Source: Lingula anatina
Taxonomy: Eukaryota > Animalia > Brachiopoda
Assembly: GCA_051362555.1 (NCBI GenBank)
Contig: CM120640.1
Span: forward strand, 34,181,967-34,245,966
Direction of reading: 5' to 3'
DNA length: 64,000 bases
Part shown: one piece after another, positions 12,401 to 24,500 of the stretch
Layout of the letters: each line of letters starts with the position of its first letter
How positions within the stretch are numbered: position 1 is the stretch's first letter
The notes under the pieces: model-generated
What the model saw: the letters and a program-made list of their open reading frames with translations, nothing else
Databases searched by the model: none
What the model was told of the DNA's origin: nothing
Position numbers and translations under genes: made by a program

Positions 12401-15400
12401 TAAGTTTCTGTGGTTGGTAAGATAACAGAGAGACAACCCATAGGTTTTCTGGTACCTTTAACCTAAAGTTTAACCCTTCTATTCTAGTGAATGCAATCCA
12501 TTTAATGTGTATGGGCAGGGTAAGCAGGTCTTAACCAACAAAAGGTTTCGTGATGAAATTGAAGATAGGATACACTTTTTTACTGAGGAATGTGATCATC
12601 TACAGGTAAATTGGTTTCAAATACAACTTATCACATCTTGGATCACGTTTAATTTTGTTTAAATGTTGAAGATTGTAAAATAATATAAAGTATTATATAA
12701 TAATAATAATATTTCTGCTGTTTTAAGAAAACGTGAAATGTCTTGCCTTCAAATTTAAATAAAAACAGAAAATGTACATTTCAAAGTGCAATACCTTCAA
12801 ACTGACAAATTGAAAAATTCCTATAGGGTTTCAATATTTTGGCTGATACATACAATGGATTTGGTGGATTTACTTCAAGCATCCTTGAAGAGCTAGCAGA
12901 CGACTACTCAAATAAAGGTATCCTATCTTTTGGGCTGATGCCAGCAGTTTTGCAGAATTCTGTAAGTATACAGTATTATGCTGGTGCTATTTCTTATGCA
13001 GCATTGTTCTCTGTAAATATATTATTGTAAGAGGTGAAGCGCAATATAATGTTTTAAAGAAAACAGAATTATTATCTTAAAACAGAATTATGCTTTAGAG
13101 TTAACAACACTAATACTATGGTTAAAAAGAATTATTGTGACCACTGGAGCCTTTTGTTTAACGGTGTCATTCTCTGTAACTGACATAGGTTGATAAGCAG
13201 TAGATTTAAATGCTTTGGGTACAATTGTGTTGTCAATTGCAATTGAAAATTTACCATGTTTTAATGAAGACATTTTTTCTTCTTTTAGAGTGCCACAGAG
13301 GAGTCTTATCAGCTAATAAACTCTGCTCTTTCATGGGAACAACTAGCTCATCATAGCTCTTTGTTTGTTCCCCTTTCCCTCAATAAAACTCCATTTGATA
13401 CAAACATTGCAGTGCAGCAGTTTGATCATTTAAATTATAATGTAAGGACAAATACATGATAATCATGGTTGAGTGACTTGTTAAGATTTTATATATTATG
13501 TACCAAAGATATTTTGATAGTAAAAGTCTGAAGTAATGTTGTAGGTAAAAAAAAGAAAAAATACAAATGGGAATGAAATATTGTAAGAAATATCTGTAGT
13601 GGCTTATATACAAAAATATTTTTTTAATTTGGTTCAATAGTTATGTCTTCAGATAATGTGTTTTTGTCTTTTTACAGAGTTCCCTTCATTACCACACTAG
13701 TGCCATCCTTGGTGCCTGCTTGGATACGTTAACATTACCCTTCAGACTAGATACAGGTCCTGTGGCAATGACTGATGTCACAGATATACTCAGTTTTCAA
13801 GGAAGAAAAGTAAGCCAGGAGCACTTCAAATGTTGATGAACTCACCTTAAATATGAAACTTCATATTTTTTTCATGAAAATGTTATTAGCAGCTAATAGC
13901 TACATCTTGTGTGTGTGTTTGAACATGCATGTATGCCTGATGTATAGGGATTGAGATTCAGGTGTTGAAGAAAATTACCAAGATAAGCATTTGATCCTAT
14001 AACAGTTTCTTCAAATATGGAAGGCAGGGAACAATTATTTACCGTAAGGTCACTGGTGAGATTGAGTTGTCTAGTAAAACTCTCTTGTGAATAGGTAATC
14101 GTCATTATTTGCAATTTATGCTTGACTTATTATTTAAAATGTCAATTTTATTAAAAAACTATGTTCCTTCCAGGTTGCTTCATTAGGTGTGTCATTACCA
14201 TTTCTGTTATTAGAAAATGGTTCCTTAGCCAACACTCTCATGGCAGCTGGCGATATGTCACCATGGAAACCAGTGACGCCGTATTCAGACAACACAACTT
14301 TACCTTTTGCTCAGACAATTGTTGGAAGAGGAGTTTTACCAGATAAAGTTCAGGGGTAAAGGACAAATTGGTGTACATGAAGGCAAAAGCATGACAACCT
14401 ATTTTAGAAAACAGATTGTATGTAGGTTAAGTTTTACCAGTTAAAGGAAAAAAAGCTCAGTTTACGTATTTAAAACAAAAACATGGCAGCCTGTTATAAA
14501 ATCCATTTGATATATATTACATTTTATTTTAGGTAAACTCTTCTTGATGTATCTTTGAAAACAAACAAAATGTTAAATACAATTGACATCTTTTTTTCAG
14601 AACCATTGACCCAAATGCACCAAAACTTCTCAAAGACTGTTCAACAGCTGACGAAGTTCTCGGGCTGTATCTAGCAGAAATGTTTCCTAACTGTATCAGG
14701 TAAACTAACACAATATTTCAATTTGGAAAACTAGTAAGTCTTATTAAGTAAGATATACTTGGTATTTAACTAGAAGTTTATATAATGTACGTATATGCTG
14801 CAAATTTTTAAACATTTCCTGTATTTACTTTCAGTAGTGTGAAGGTACTTCAGTCACCATGCCAAGTCACTGCTCCATACCCACATATGTTCAGTAGAAA
14901 TATCAGTTCAGATGGATATGTTTCACAAAAGAATAGATCTGACAGCATGGGTAGGTATATGCTAGAATATTATCCGCCTTTTGATACATGATTAGTACTT
15001 GATAAAAAAAGTTTACTTTATTGGTTTACAAAGTAAGTGATAACCAGAATTTTCCGTCTTTCCTGTAGAGCAGAAGCAAATATGCTTTAATTTTGCTGAG
15101 TAAAAGTCTTGATGATATTATTTTATTATTTGGAATTAGCTAGTTCTTTACTATAAGTTGGAGACAAACAGTCATTTTAGAGAATCTGATTAAGGATCAA
15201 AGACCAAATTACCAATAAATTTCAGATAAAGTGGATTAAAATGTTCATTATTACTTTTATTTATTTGGAAAGGTGTTAACAGCGTACCAGTAATGACGTC
15301 ACTTCAGTCTACGCCAACATCTGCCAAGTGCGTGCAGGCTCTTCTCAAGGAAACCAAAAAACTCAATATTTCCAAATATAACAAATTTCTGGAAGCGGGA

Positions 15401-15484
15401 CTTGAACAAGATGATTATAAAGAGTGTTTAAATTCTTTAGAGACTCTGCAAGAAAATTATGTAGTTGATATGAGCTTCAGCTAG
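6284..15484 (+). CDS. MSTO1: Protein misato homolog 1 (tubulin/FtsZ-like), about 15 coding exons; first exon 6284-6364, second 10261-10350, last 15273-15484
   Basis: Motifs read across GT-AG exons: MAGTREIITLQFGHYSNFVGTHVWNIQ, HDVLFREG, TYTPRLVAFDLKGSL, VKVWSDFLKPHLHPRSV, EDRIHFFTEECDHLQGFQ, YHTSAILGACLDTLTLPFRL and ECLNSLETLQENY. Confidence 0.93.
6452..6497. repeat. (GA)n microsatellite in MSTO1 intron 1
   Basis: Directly visible. Confidence 0.9.
6877..8682 (-). CDS. Intronless uncharacterised membrane protein (up to 601 aa), nested antisense in MSTO1 intron 1; putative signal/TM segment, two SAM-like helical units, TM bundle and an RI-type LRR-like segment
   Basis: A 1.8-kb stop-free ORF in AT-rich intron sequence. 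Hydrophobic stretches occur at about aa 74-90, 255-365 and the C-terminus. LQTLCMVNNHSFDDQDAAQLADLLRKNPSICFLKIG resembles an RNase-inhibitor-class LRR. The true start may be a downstream Met (M39, M64 or M73). Confidence 0.75.
   Translation of the reverse strand: MQNSFEHCCKVPPFERTYQSSHKCNYSVYKSTNFSTQPMDTDKEQPRPDCISCILAFLNKITNMSCRQFSKHMLKINFLVFTLFFFHVKISSDQETYLLQWMKTKEMNILIPTLHRLQIRSLEALAMLKLPSQSSVSNWDLDLKEKLVDASYQAKESLMISVWFQENNLEKFVHLHNKYSWLQISHYSIPEVETYFHISGLPDAFVTKAEIEKLLKVLKKYEQNDVIMWRKKQIYEENIRRNIKTLTFKHVLEILYHSPIIMAWALLYTISSHLAIKIGTPLTNPGCATLWPSILLCSILPFPSQFHFYVLLFYRSLIQPVKTLFYWAILEIWIAVFHSMEFHFSFLYTIQLGVCLICIIIFNMLKFQPLVTDDQKGLIITGIGCLDSKLDYFLKNRRCSLITRLMFGVSNEQIDLGRFKTIFIKNVDLRGKLVLQLITPSLESRNLQTLCMVNNHSFDDQDAAQLADLLRKNPSICFLKIGFKKFSFLKTLMHFLLWDHSPVKLSERGARVILDAVQSLQNDRDNSFSNQDEKSKNIEATQSIEERLQNKKKIIVSVDLEHFQQKNCINGLLDSIIFQTICMTAEMTYFIYAAYNVFIGY
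8835..8960 (+). mobile_element. Probable 3' tail of a non-LTR retroelement
   Basis: AT-rich UTR-like stretch ending in a short hairpin (atgacaaaaatgtcat), then AATAAA and a (CTA)n tail. Confidence 0.45.
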
Positions 15485-16557
15485 CCAATGTCAGGCAACT
15501 AGAGAGCATTGATGTCAACAGCTGGATTTCTAAATTATTAAAATAATGTCAGTGAATGGCTAGAAATTATTAGAGCTTGATTGTTAAAATATAGATTACA
15601 GCGTCTCCATTCTTGTGTTTAGTTTGTGAATTTTTGTCACATTAAATCTGACAAAAATTCTGAAGTAACCGTGTCAACAGTCACTTGTGTGCGACGTGAT
15701 ATGTGCCAAGTCTTTTAACCTTTATTATATATTTATGCACCATATCTTTCATAACATTTGTCAGTGTGTGAAATAAAAACATCAATTTTCAGATTGTTTC
15801 TTGGTCATTGTTTACAAAACATAAATCTTATATCATTTTCAAGGATTTAAATTTATTTATTTTTGGTAGACCACTTAACCAAGAGGGGGAACCCCTAAAA
15901 TTTTAATTCAAAATAAATGATGAAAACAACAAGGTGAATAGATTTATTTATAATTTATATTTATAGGAAGAAAAAGAACAAGTTATGGTCAATGTGCAAA
16001 TTCAAGCATATGCAACTGTTTCAGTATACAATAAAAATCTTCTGCATCTTGTTTGTATAAAAAATTTTGCCACTCAAAATTCTGATGCAATGAATAATAT
16101 TCATCCATCAACCAAAAAGATTTTATTTTGCTTCAAATTGTCCATGGACAGAATGTTAAAAGGCACAAATACTTCATAAAAAGACACTATTAATACTGTT
16201 TGACAATTTGTGCAGGAACAGTCGATACATAATATGGTTTCACACTACTGAACAACAAATTATTCCAATCATAACATATTTCTCAAAAACTTAAAACTGA
16301 AGAAAAAATTTTAAAATAATTTTTGTTTTACACTTTTCAATGCAAAATATTTCAAGTATGCACATGAACTTGATACTGAAACTTCTTGTGCAAGGACTAT
16401 TATTGTATTTACAACCTTGTCAGTTCTGCTTTTATAAAACCTGTTCATTTTTTCTTCAACAAACTGATTGTTAAAAAAACAATATTTCAAGAAAAAAAGC
16501 CTAAATGTTAGGCAAATGAGTATCATTAGGTTGAGCATGTGTAAAACCAACATGCAT

Positions 16558-19500
16558 TTACAGCTGAGCTTTAGCACTTATGCTAAGAGATTCCAATTGT
16601 CTTTTTCTTTCAATATTTCTGAGTTTGAACCAAATGTTCTGCTGATAACCCTCTCCTCCCGTGTGGGTCACTTCCCACATGTGATCTCTGTGCTCTGGGT
16701 GCAACATCAGGAACTTCTTCTGAACTGAAAAGAAACAAGTTCAAGGTTAAGTCTACCAAACTGACATGCAATCCTGGGTAAAGTACCCCGGGTTTGGACT
16801 GGGTTCCCACAGATTTAGATCAATCTATCTGGATCAACCTAACTCCTTGGGGGTTCACGCTAAATTGCTGTCAGGTTCCGAGAGCTGAGCGCGCACAAAA
16901 GTTAATTACCCCCTATCAGCTTTTAGTAGGCCGGACAGACATTTAAGCCGGTCAGGCTGACAACAATCTAGCGAGACTCCCCGCGGGGATAGATCGATCT
17001 AAAAATCTATGGGAATGCACTCTTGGTGCTTTCTTTTTCAAACAATTTTAGTAAACATAAAATTGGTCTTCTTGGACACGTCAAAATTTTCAAATTTACT
17101 TACCACTTAACATTGCAGATGACACTGGGTAACTGAAGCCCACATCCATGTCAGGGAAAACTTTGACAATATCTTCCATAATCTTCATGCCGTACCCCTG
17201 TCTCCTATATTTCTTCTGTACATATATTGTATCAATTACAGGGAGAGCATAAGTGTCTGATGTATGATCATGCACAGACATTCCTGAATAAAAGCAAAAT
17301 TTTATATTGTATTATCTTTACCGTAACAGTTCAGCATTTGCATATTTCACTGCCAATATACAACTCAAATAAACTATTTTGCCATTTCTTCAATTTTCTC
17401 AAGTGAACCTTTGGAGACTAATTTTAGACTAATTTTATACTGTTTTATAAAATAAATTAAAAATTACAATATTCCTAAATTATCCAAAAATTCCATTAAA
17501 AGTTGACAGGAAAAAACAGTTTGCACTTGAATCCAATACTCCGATAAAAATGGACTAAAACTTTGTACTCACCCTTTGTTTTCATTGTGTAGAACCCCAC
17601 AGCATTTCCCCTGTTCCAGACGAGCCTGGCCTCATCGTGGGGAGATATTGACAAGAAAGGTATATCACCTGGCTCACTGTCCCAGTATTTGTACATTATC
17701 CTGTTTAGCACCCAAAGTACAAATCTGTCACCAAATGTTGTGACCTGCATGACAGGGTGAAACATGTCCAAAGGTAAGGTTGGTTTTTTTTTTTTAATTT
17801 TAGTCTGCTATCCTTAATAAACAAAATCAGCTGGTTTTACAGTTTATGCCTAGTCTATATAATATGGATAAGTTTAATTTTGAAATGATCGCAACGAATC
17901 CGAGGAGCAATCAACCCAAATTGGTGCTCTGAATTGTAATACACAATAACCAACACTACCATTGCCAGACCTTTTCAGCACTTTATCCTAATTATACAGC
18001 GAGTTCTTATATAGTGAGAAGTTTATCCAGTGCTCAGTGGAAAATGAACCCACAACTACTACAGCAACAAGCACTCTACTAGTTGAGCCCGTCTGGCCAA
18101 CATACAACTTACTTTTCAATTGTTTTGTTACTGAAAAAACATCAAGACTAGCACTTTTGAAAATACAATAGTATGTCTAACCTTCTTCTGGAATGAACAT
18201 GCGTACACCTACCTGGTGAAATCCATCCCTGTTGTCATAGCTCTTCAAAGCATGTTGAAGGCCAAACCATTGGGACTGTATACGAAATGCAGTTACTGAA
18301 AAAGAAACATAATTGTAAAATCAATCTCTGTTGTTGTTGAAGTTGGACTTCTATAATAAGTGGAAAAATGACATAATGACACATTGTGCCCAAAATGAAT
18401 TATCCCACAGGCACTTGGATCAAGCCTACTTAGACAAAACTAAAACTGTGGTTGCTATCTGAACAATTTTTACAATTTTAAATTTATAAGCTCAGCTTTA
18501 TTTTTCTGGCATTGCCTAGAGACCACCTCTTAAGCAAACGTTTGATAAAAACAGCAATAAAACCAAGATTACAGTAAGCTTGTGTCATAAATTATCTGGT
18601 GTGAAGCAGTTTAGACTGCTTTATCTGAAAAGAATGTGCTTCCAATATACATGTACAGGCCTCAACATAAATTTTTTAACCAGGTTGCCCCAGGGCAACT
18701 TGCCGCATTTTTTTACTTGCCCTTTCTCTGCCTCAACTTGCCCATTATTAACGAAAAATTTTGAACCACTTGATATGCAAATTTTTATCATTACATTTTA
18801 CTGATGTATAAAAAAAATCAATTGTGTTAATTTTGTCATCTTTGAGTTATTTATTTTTTACTAAATCCAGGAACAAGTGGATTGGCAATCCTGACAGTGG
18901 TACCTGACACAATTAGTCTGACAGGTTAATTTTCAAATTCGGGCCTCCTTGACTTCTGTGACCATTATAGTGCACTTGGCGCATCTGAAGCAATTGTGCA
19001 ACGCTTTGTTTGTTGACAAAAAGCAAGCGTTGCAGTTTATGAGTGCGTCATAACATTATTGTGCAAAAGGAAAAAAAACGTGAAATGTTTCAATATTTTA
19101 ACATCAGATGTAACATTGCACTGCCGATAGGAAAAAAATCACTTGTCCATCGGGCAACTGGACGTAAAATTTACTTGCCCGACTGCAGATTTTAATTGCC
19201 CCGGGCAATCGGACAACCGTTTGTGTTGAGCCCTGATGTATATCTCTAGCCCTTTTTTATCACCAGTTGACTAATGAAGATAAAACTGCATTAAGATTAT
19301 CAAAAGGCTAACACCTTATAGCGAAGCCTTATAGTAACTGCACTGTAAACAATACTTCTTGTGATAGTGTGTTTATTTCAAATAACAAACACACGCAGCT
19401 TGCTTTAACATGAGAGAAAGCACTCAGTAGTTTCCAATATGTTTCTTAGTTATACACACTTTTGCTGCAGTTTTCACAAAACAGACTCAGTACTTTCTGG

Positions 19501-20445
19501 CAAGGGCTGTCATGGTCTGTGAACTCGCCATATATGCCCATCTGCAATGTGTTGTTTCTGCATACTGATACCTAAAACATATGAAAATAAATCATGTGTG
19601 CATATCTAAAGCACTAGGTACAAGTATAAGAATATAGAAACCAGGATAAATCCAAGAAGTAACTGCTGAGTAATTCTAATCACTTAATTTATTAATGATC
19701 AGACCAATTCCAATATAACAGCCGCACCTAACAAGGAATGTCTTTTAACATTTGTGTTTACATATGTTAGTGTGCTGGCTATACACCACTGATGTGACAA
19801 CAGTACAGAGCTGTACCATCACCTGACCCAGTATACATATAATTGAATAAACATGAAATGTAAATGACATGTACAAAACAAGAAAACAGTCGCTGATAGG
19901 TAGTCCCATCATTTCTTTCTCATTATCTCTTGAAAATTTTACTGTGACAGCCTTAAATTAAGAATCACTCATATTTAATTAAACTCTAGCTGTAACATGA
20001 CTAATAAAATGTATTAAGATTTTAGTATAATCTTATGCCCAGCAAAACAATTTAAAAGCAACAATTCAATTAATTCTAGTTTTTATTAATGCCTGATTTA
20101 TCTTGAAATCTACTCTCCTGGCAAAATGAAAAAAATTCAGAAATATTGATGCAAACCTAAAGTTTACAGCAACGATTCTGTATGAGTTTGCAAGAAAATT
20201 TTAAATTGCTGCTAATTTGCCAGAAGGAATCGCAAACTGCGGCAAATGTGCAACAAGCCTGATATTTTGCGAAGGGTTACACCATGCATGCGTACCTTTT
20301 TGGCACATCCCTGGCAAATAACAACATCGGTTTTCTTCCCTCTTTCGATTTCCACCAAATAATTGTCAAGGTCTGAGGTGTTGTTATCCGCTTCTACCTG
20401 CAGTGCATCAACTGGATATTGCAGGCATGTCGTCTGGCGTTCCAT
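16558..20445 (-). CDS. FAM169: FAM169-family protein (SLAP75-like N-terminal/GNAT-like domain), about 6 coding exons
   Basis: Motifs: N-terminal YPVD, VTTFGDRFVLWVLNRIMY, PFLSISPHDEARLVWNRGNAVGFYTMK, LPVIDTIYVQKKYRRQGYGMKIMED and GFSYPVS. The last exon reads KFLMLHPEHRDHMWEVTHTGGEGYQQNIWFKL...*. A versus B paralog is not assignable. Confidence 0.85.
16797..17022. mobile_element. MITE copy 1 (PIF/Harbinger-like), 3-bp TSD TTG
   Basis: Imperfect TIRs gactgggttcccacagatttagatc / gatctaaaaatctatgggaatgcactc, with ttg on both sides. A homologous copy lies at 28944-29156. Confidence 0.85.
17880..18098 (-). mobile_element. Degenerate tRNA-derived SINE head
   Basis: The minus strand begins ggccagacgggctcaactagtagagtgc (tRNA 5'/A-box-like), followed by gtgggttcattttccac (B-box-like). 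The 3' boundary is uncertain. Confidence 0.4.
18656..19235. mobile_element. Non-autonomous hAT-like DNA transposon
   Basis: TIRs caggcctcaacataaa / tttgtgttgagccctg, with many subterminal ttgccc/gggcaa repeats at both ends. The TSD is not cleanly preserved. Confidence 0.75.
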
Positions 20446-20629
20446 TGGAGCTAAACAAATTGATTTGAAAACGTAAACAGTGTTCAATCTGAGGCTGAAA
20501 ACGTGACTGCACATAACTTAAGTTGAAAATCAATAAGATTACATTACTTTTAACATTATCAATTTGCATAAATGCAGATCATTCAATTCACTTTCTTCTC
20601 CAAGCGTCCCCACAGAAAGAACCTACCTT

Positions 20630-20945
20630 CTCGTGTGCTTCGAAACAATATACATAGTGGTTCCAACCTGTTTTATCCAGTCTGCAGAAACAACAAAAAG
20701 AGGTCATTTGAGGTCAAACAGAACCTTGAGCTAAAATTACCATCGTTGCGCCTATATACTCCTTTGTTTTATTACAGATACCATGTAAACATAATTTGGA
20801 CACCTTTTGGCGGTTTTAAAACTAATTAATGCTTCGTTTTTGCACATCTCATAATAAAAGTACATCTGAACCCAGTGATCTGAACCCACCTAGAACCGGA
20901 TGTTGACATCAAATATTGTATTGTGGGTAGTTTAAAATGGCGCTA
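20630..20945. promoter_or_regulatory. Putative bidirectional promoter FAM169/GON4L
   Basis: Divergent genes. ETS-like ccggatgt (20896-20903), ZNF143/Staf-like tacccacaatac on the minus strand (within 20917-20931) and YY1-like aaaatggcg (20934-20942) cluster within 50 bp. Confidence 0.55.
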
Positions 20946-21510
20946 GAATTTGTAGGTCAATCTCGACGATGACATTGATGCCGCTACAATGTGCTTTGAA
21001 ACCTCGGAACAGTAAACAGAAAGCTCGATATAATGTGCAATAAGTTTTAATGTATGTATATGTAATATTGTACGAATTTGTTTTGGATAACTTGAATAAT
21101 ATGATGCAGATTCAGTCAGTTCTAATTCTATCTGTCTCTCTTGGTGTCTCTCAATCTCAGTTTCACACTCAGTCTCACACTTAGGCCTTGATAAAGACAC
21201 ATAAAATGTTACTTGAGTAATATAACTGAATCCCACTTTTCTAGAACACGATCATGTTTGATACTGGAAGTATTCCAAAAGATATATCTAATCAATGTTT
21301 GTGGTTCAAAACATTGAAGTTAACATACAGTTGTATTTGTGTCATAATATGACACTCCTTTGGTTTAAGCGTACATTGTGTAAGTCTGCATATCCAAAAA
21401 TTTACGTCCTTGGCATTTCACAGTTTATGATTCAACTTATTTGATTTGTTCATGTGAATCACTAACATAAACCAAATTAAACCTTGATTTCTACTATTTC
21501 AGCCAGTAAA

Positions 21511-24500
21511 ATGAGTTCCAAAACGCCATCGAAAAGAAAAGGCACCCCTCGCAAGTTGTCACTAACACCGCCTCTGAAGAGGTTTTTGTCAGAGGATGAT
21601 GGTAGCAACACCAGCCCAAGTCATGCGGTGAATGTTACAGCCGCCCAGCCAGCGCAGAAAGTGAACGATTCTGCTGATGAGCCTTATGATAACACCAACA
21701 AAGTGGCCGAACATTCAGATGCTAACACCTCAGAAAATGAAACTGAAAATAGGTCTAATGATGTAAAGACTAAAGAATGTACAGGAGAAGGCGCAACTGA
21801 ATTATCACCAAGTCAGCAAAAGAATACCATTCAGAAAAATATGGAACAAGAAGAAAAGGATAAAAATGATGCCTCAAATGAAGCATTTTGCAGTCAGACC
21901 CCCATAGTTTTACCTGATGTTTCCAAAAGTACACCAGAAAAGGCAAGTGAGGCGTCTGAACATTCACATGATTCTGCATTACTCAAAACCATACAGGAAA
22001 CAACGCCTACTAAAAAGAAGCGCGTCCAACTGGTTAAAGGAAGATCTGGAAAGAAAAGTAGTCCTTTGAAGATCAAATTGACGTCTTCGCCGCGTAGATC
22101 GACCAGAAAGTCTCCATTTTTTACTCGTAAAGGTGATGAGGGAAAAAGAAAAGGAACCCCTGGAAAGTCCTCACACACTGAGGCTAGTGAAAGACTTGAA
22201 CAGCTGAGGGAAGAATTGACATTGTTAAATGAGGAAAGTAAAGGGATCACTACGCATATATTCCAAGGTTCTAGTTCAAGTGAAAAAAAGGGGAGATTGT
22301 CAGGTTCAGCTTCACCCCAAAAGGAGGTCACCCCTAGAAAAAGGTTAAGTCAGCAATCTGTTTTAGCTTTTAAATATGTTGAATTCTGATTATTTTCATT
22401 ATATGAAAAAACTTATGAAAAGCATGTGAACTATTTGGAATCGTATTAAGCTGATGGAGTCCATTGACAAGTGCTTTTAATTATTTTTGCATGTAATTTA
22501 GTCCTGTTATTCCTGACATTTTTGCCCATGTGGAAAAGTATATATTTCACACTTTTTAGGGGTAAATCATACACTGTAAAACTTTGTTTATTTTAGGACA
22601 CCAAGAAAAGTTGGGAGCCCCGTTATGAAAAAGAGGAAAAAGGAAAAAGATGATGATTTAGAGATGGAGAAGCTTATTTTGGGTAGGTTGATGGGTCAAC
22701 AGGGCTTTCCCCAGAGAGCCATCCAACTTCTTCAGAAGACTACCAATATTTTTGATTTAAGGTTAAAAAGTTTTGATTTGTCAGGATGGGTGGACAGTGT
22801 ATAAAATATTCTTGAAAAATATGTTTATCAGAAATTTGGTTATACTTTATTCACTGTGTGAATGTCATTGATATGTTTTTCTTAAATTCAAGGATCACCA
22901 GACCCAGAAAAGCTACGCATCATAGAATCTGACAGTGAGATGGATCTGTGTCTTGAAGAGAAAGCCAAGAAGAATAATCTCACTGCTAAGAATGTGAAAA
23001 ACATATTGCATGTAAGTACTGAGAATACAAGTAACAGATTTATTTTTAGAAGTTGAAGACAAACCGAGATTTCGTCTTTATACCCTTATAATAAGTTATA
23101 TTCCTCCCATTTACAAACTTGTGAAATAGTTAGTTATATAAGCATAAAAGACAAAGGGAAAATGGACTATATATTAAAACTATATGAAATACATTAGCAA
23201 AGATAATTGTTGGTAAGTTGAAATTACAGCCTGCTTTGCATTTTAAGTTTTTGATTTGGCTACATTATTATGATATTTAAAGGATGCCATACATCAGATC
23301 TGGATGATACAGTTGCAAGTGTTGAGACTTCAAGTAATATAACAATTTCTACATTTTGAGTCTTCTGAATTTGTTTTGTTTGCATTAGTTATAAAATGTG
23401 ATATTGTATAAATTAACATTCTAGCATGTCCTAACCAATGAACACGTGGTGGCCATGATGAAGAACACTCTGTCCATGGAAGACCCCAGTGAGGCACCTT
23501 ATGTTCCAAAAATGACCAGAGCTAAGGTCAAGGAGGTCATGCAGAAAGGAAATGTAAGTTTGGAATATCAGAAATGTTATAGAAATTATCTTGTTTTTAT
23601 CTGTTTAAATTTGTGATGTTTTTCTTTTATACAATTTTCTTTACAGCCTTACCCATAAAAGTTATACAAAATTGGCGAATAATTGGTGAATTTTGTCTAG
23701 AAATTATGCCATCCCTTGATATTAGTATTTTATTGTTTTCCAGGTTCCTTTACCACTGCCTTTGTCACCAATCAAAAAGCCACAGAAAGTCAAGAACTTT
23801 CTTCAGCTGAGCTTTGAAGATGATGAAGAGGATGATGAATATGTCCCAGAAAATGAGGTACAAAACCTGACATTTTATTCATGTATTTATTTTGAAATTT
23901 AAACCTGAATTTCTTTAGAAAGTATAACAACTGAAACAATTAAAAATTTGAACGATGAATATTACATTTTACATATCACTTCTGCTGAAGTATTAATCAT
24001 AAACCATTGATTTGAAATGAATATATATCATTTCAACACCTAGATCAAATATGATTGTTTTATATTTCAGTCATTTCAAGACAGTGATGAAGACAGCGAG
24101 AGTGTGGCCTCCTCTCAGACCAGTGATCTTGGTTCTCCAACTCCAAGGCCTCGAACTCCTTCTACACCCAAGCAGCAGAGAGTGCAGTTAAAACCACTGG
24201 GAGAAAGCACCCCAAAAGCCAAGTCCTTGGTGACGAAAGAGCAGGAGCCATCTTTGCCTACAGAAACAGAAAAGGTGTGTTTTTGTGCTAAAGATTTGAT
24301 AAGGATCATTTGAAGCAAAAAAAAGGGCAGTGTATCTGTATAGTGAGAGAGGGATGTTGGTGTTCTTGTAGATTTCTTTTCTCAAGTTTAGTATATAATT
24401 TGGTAATTTGCAATTTAAATAATGGTGTTGATGATGCTTTTATATATAAAGTGCAATTGGTTGGGTGATATTTGGGGTTTGCTAATAGATAAATGTTCAA

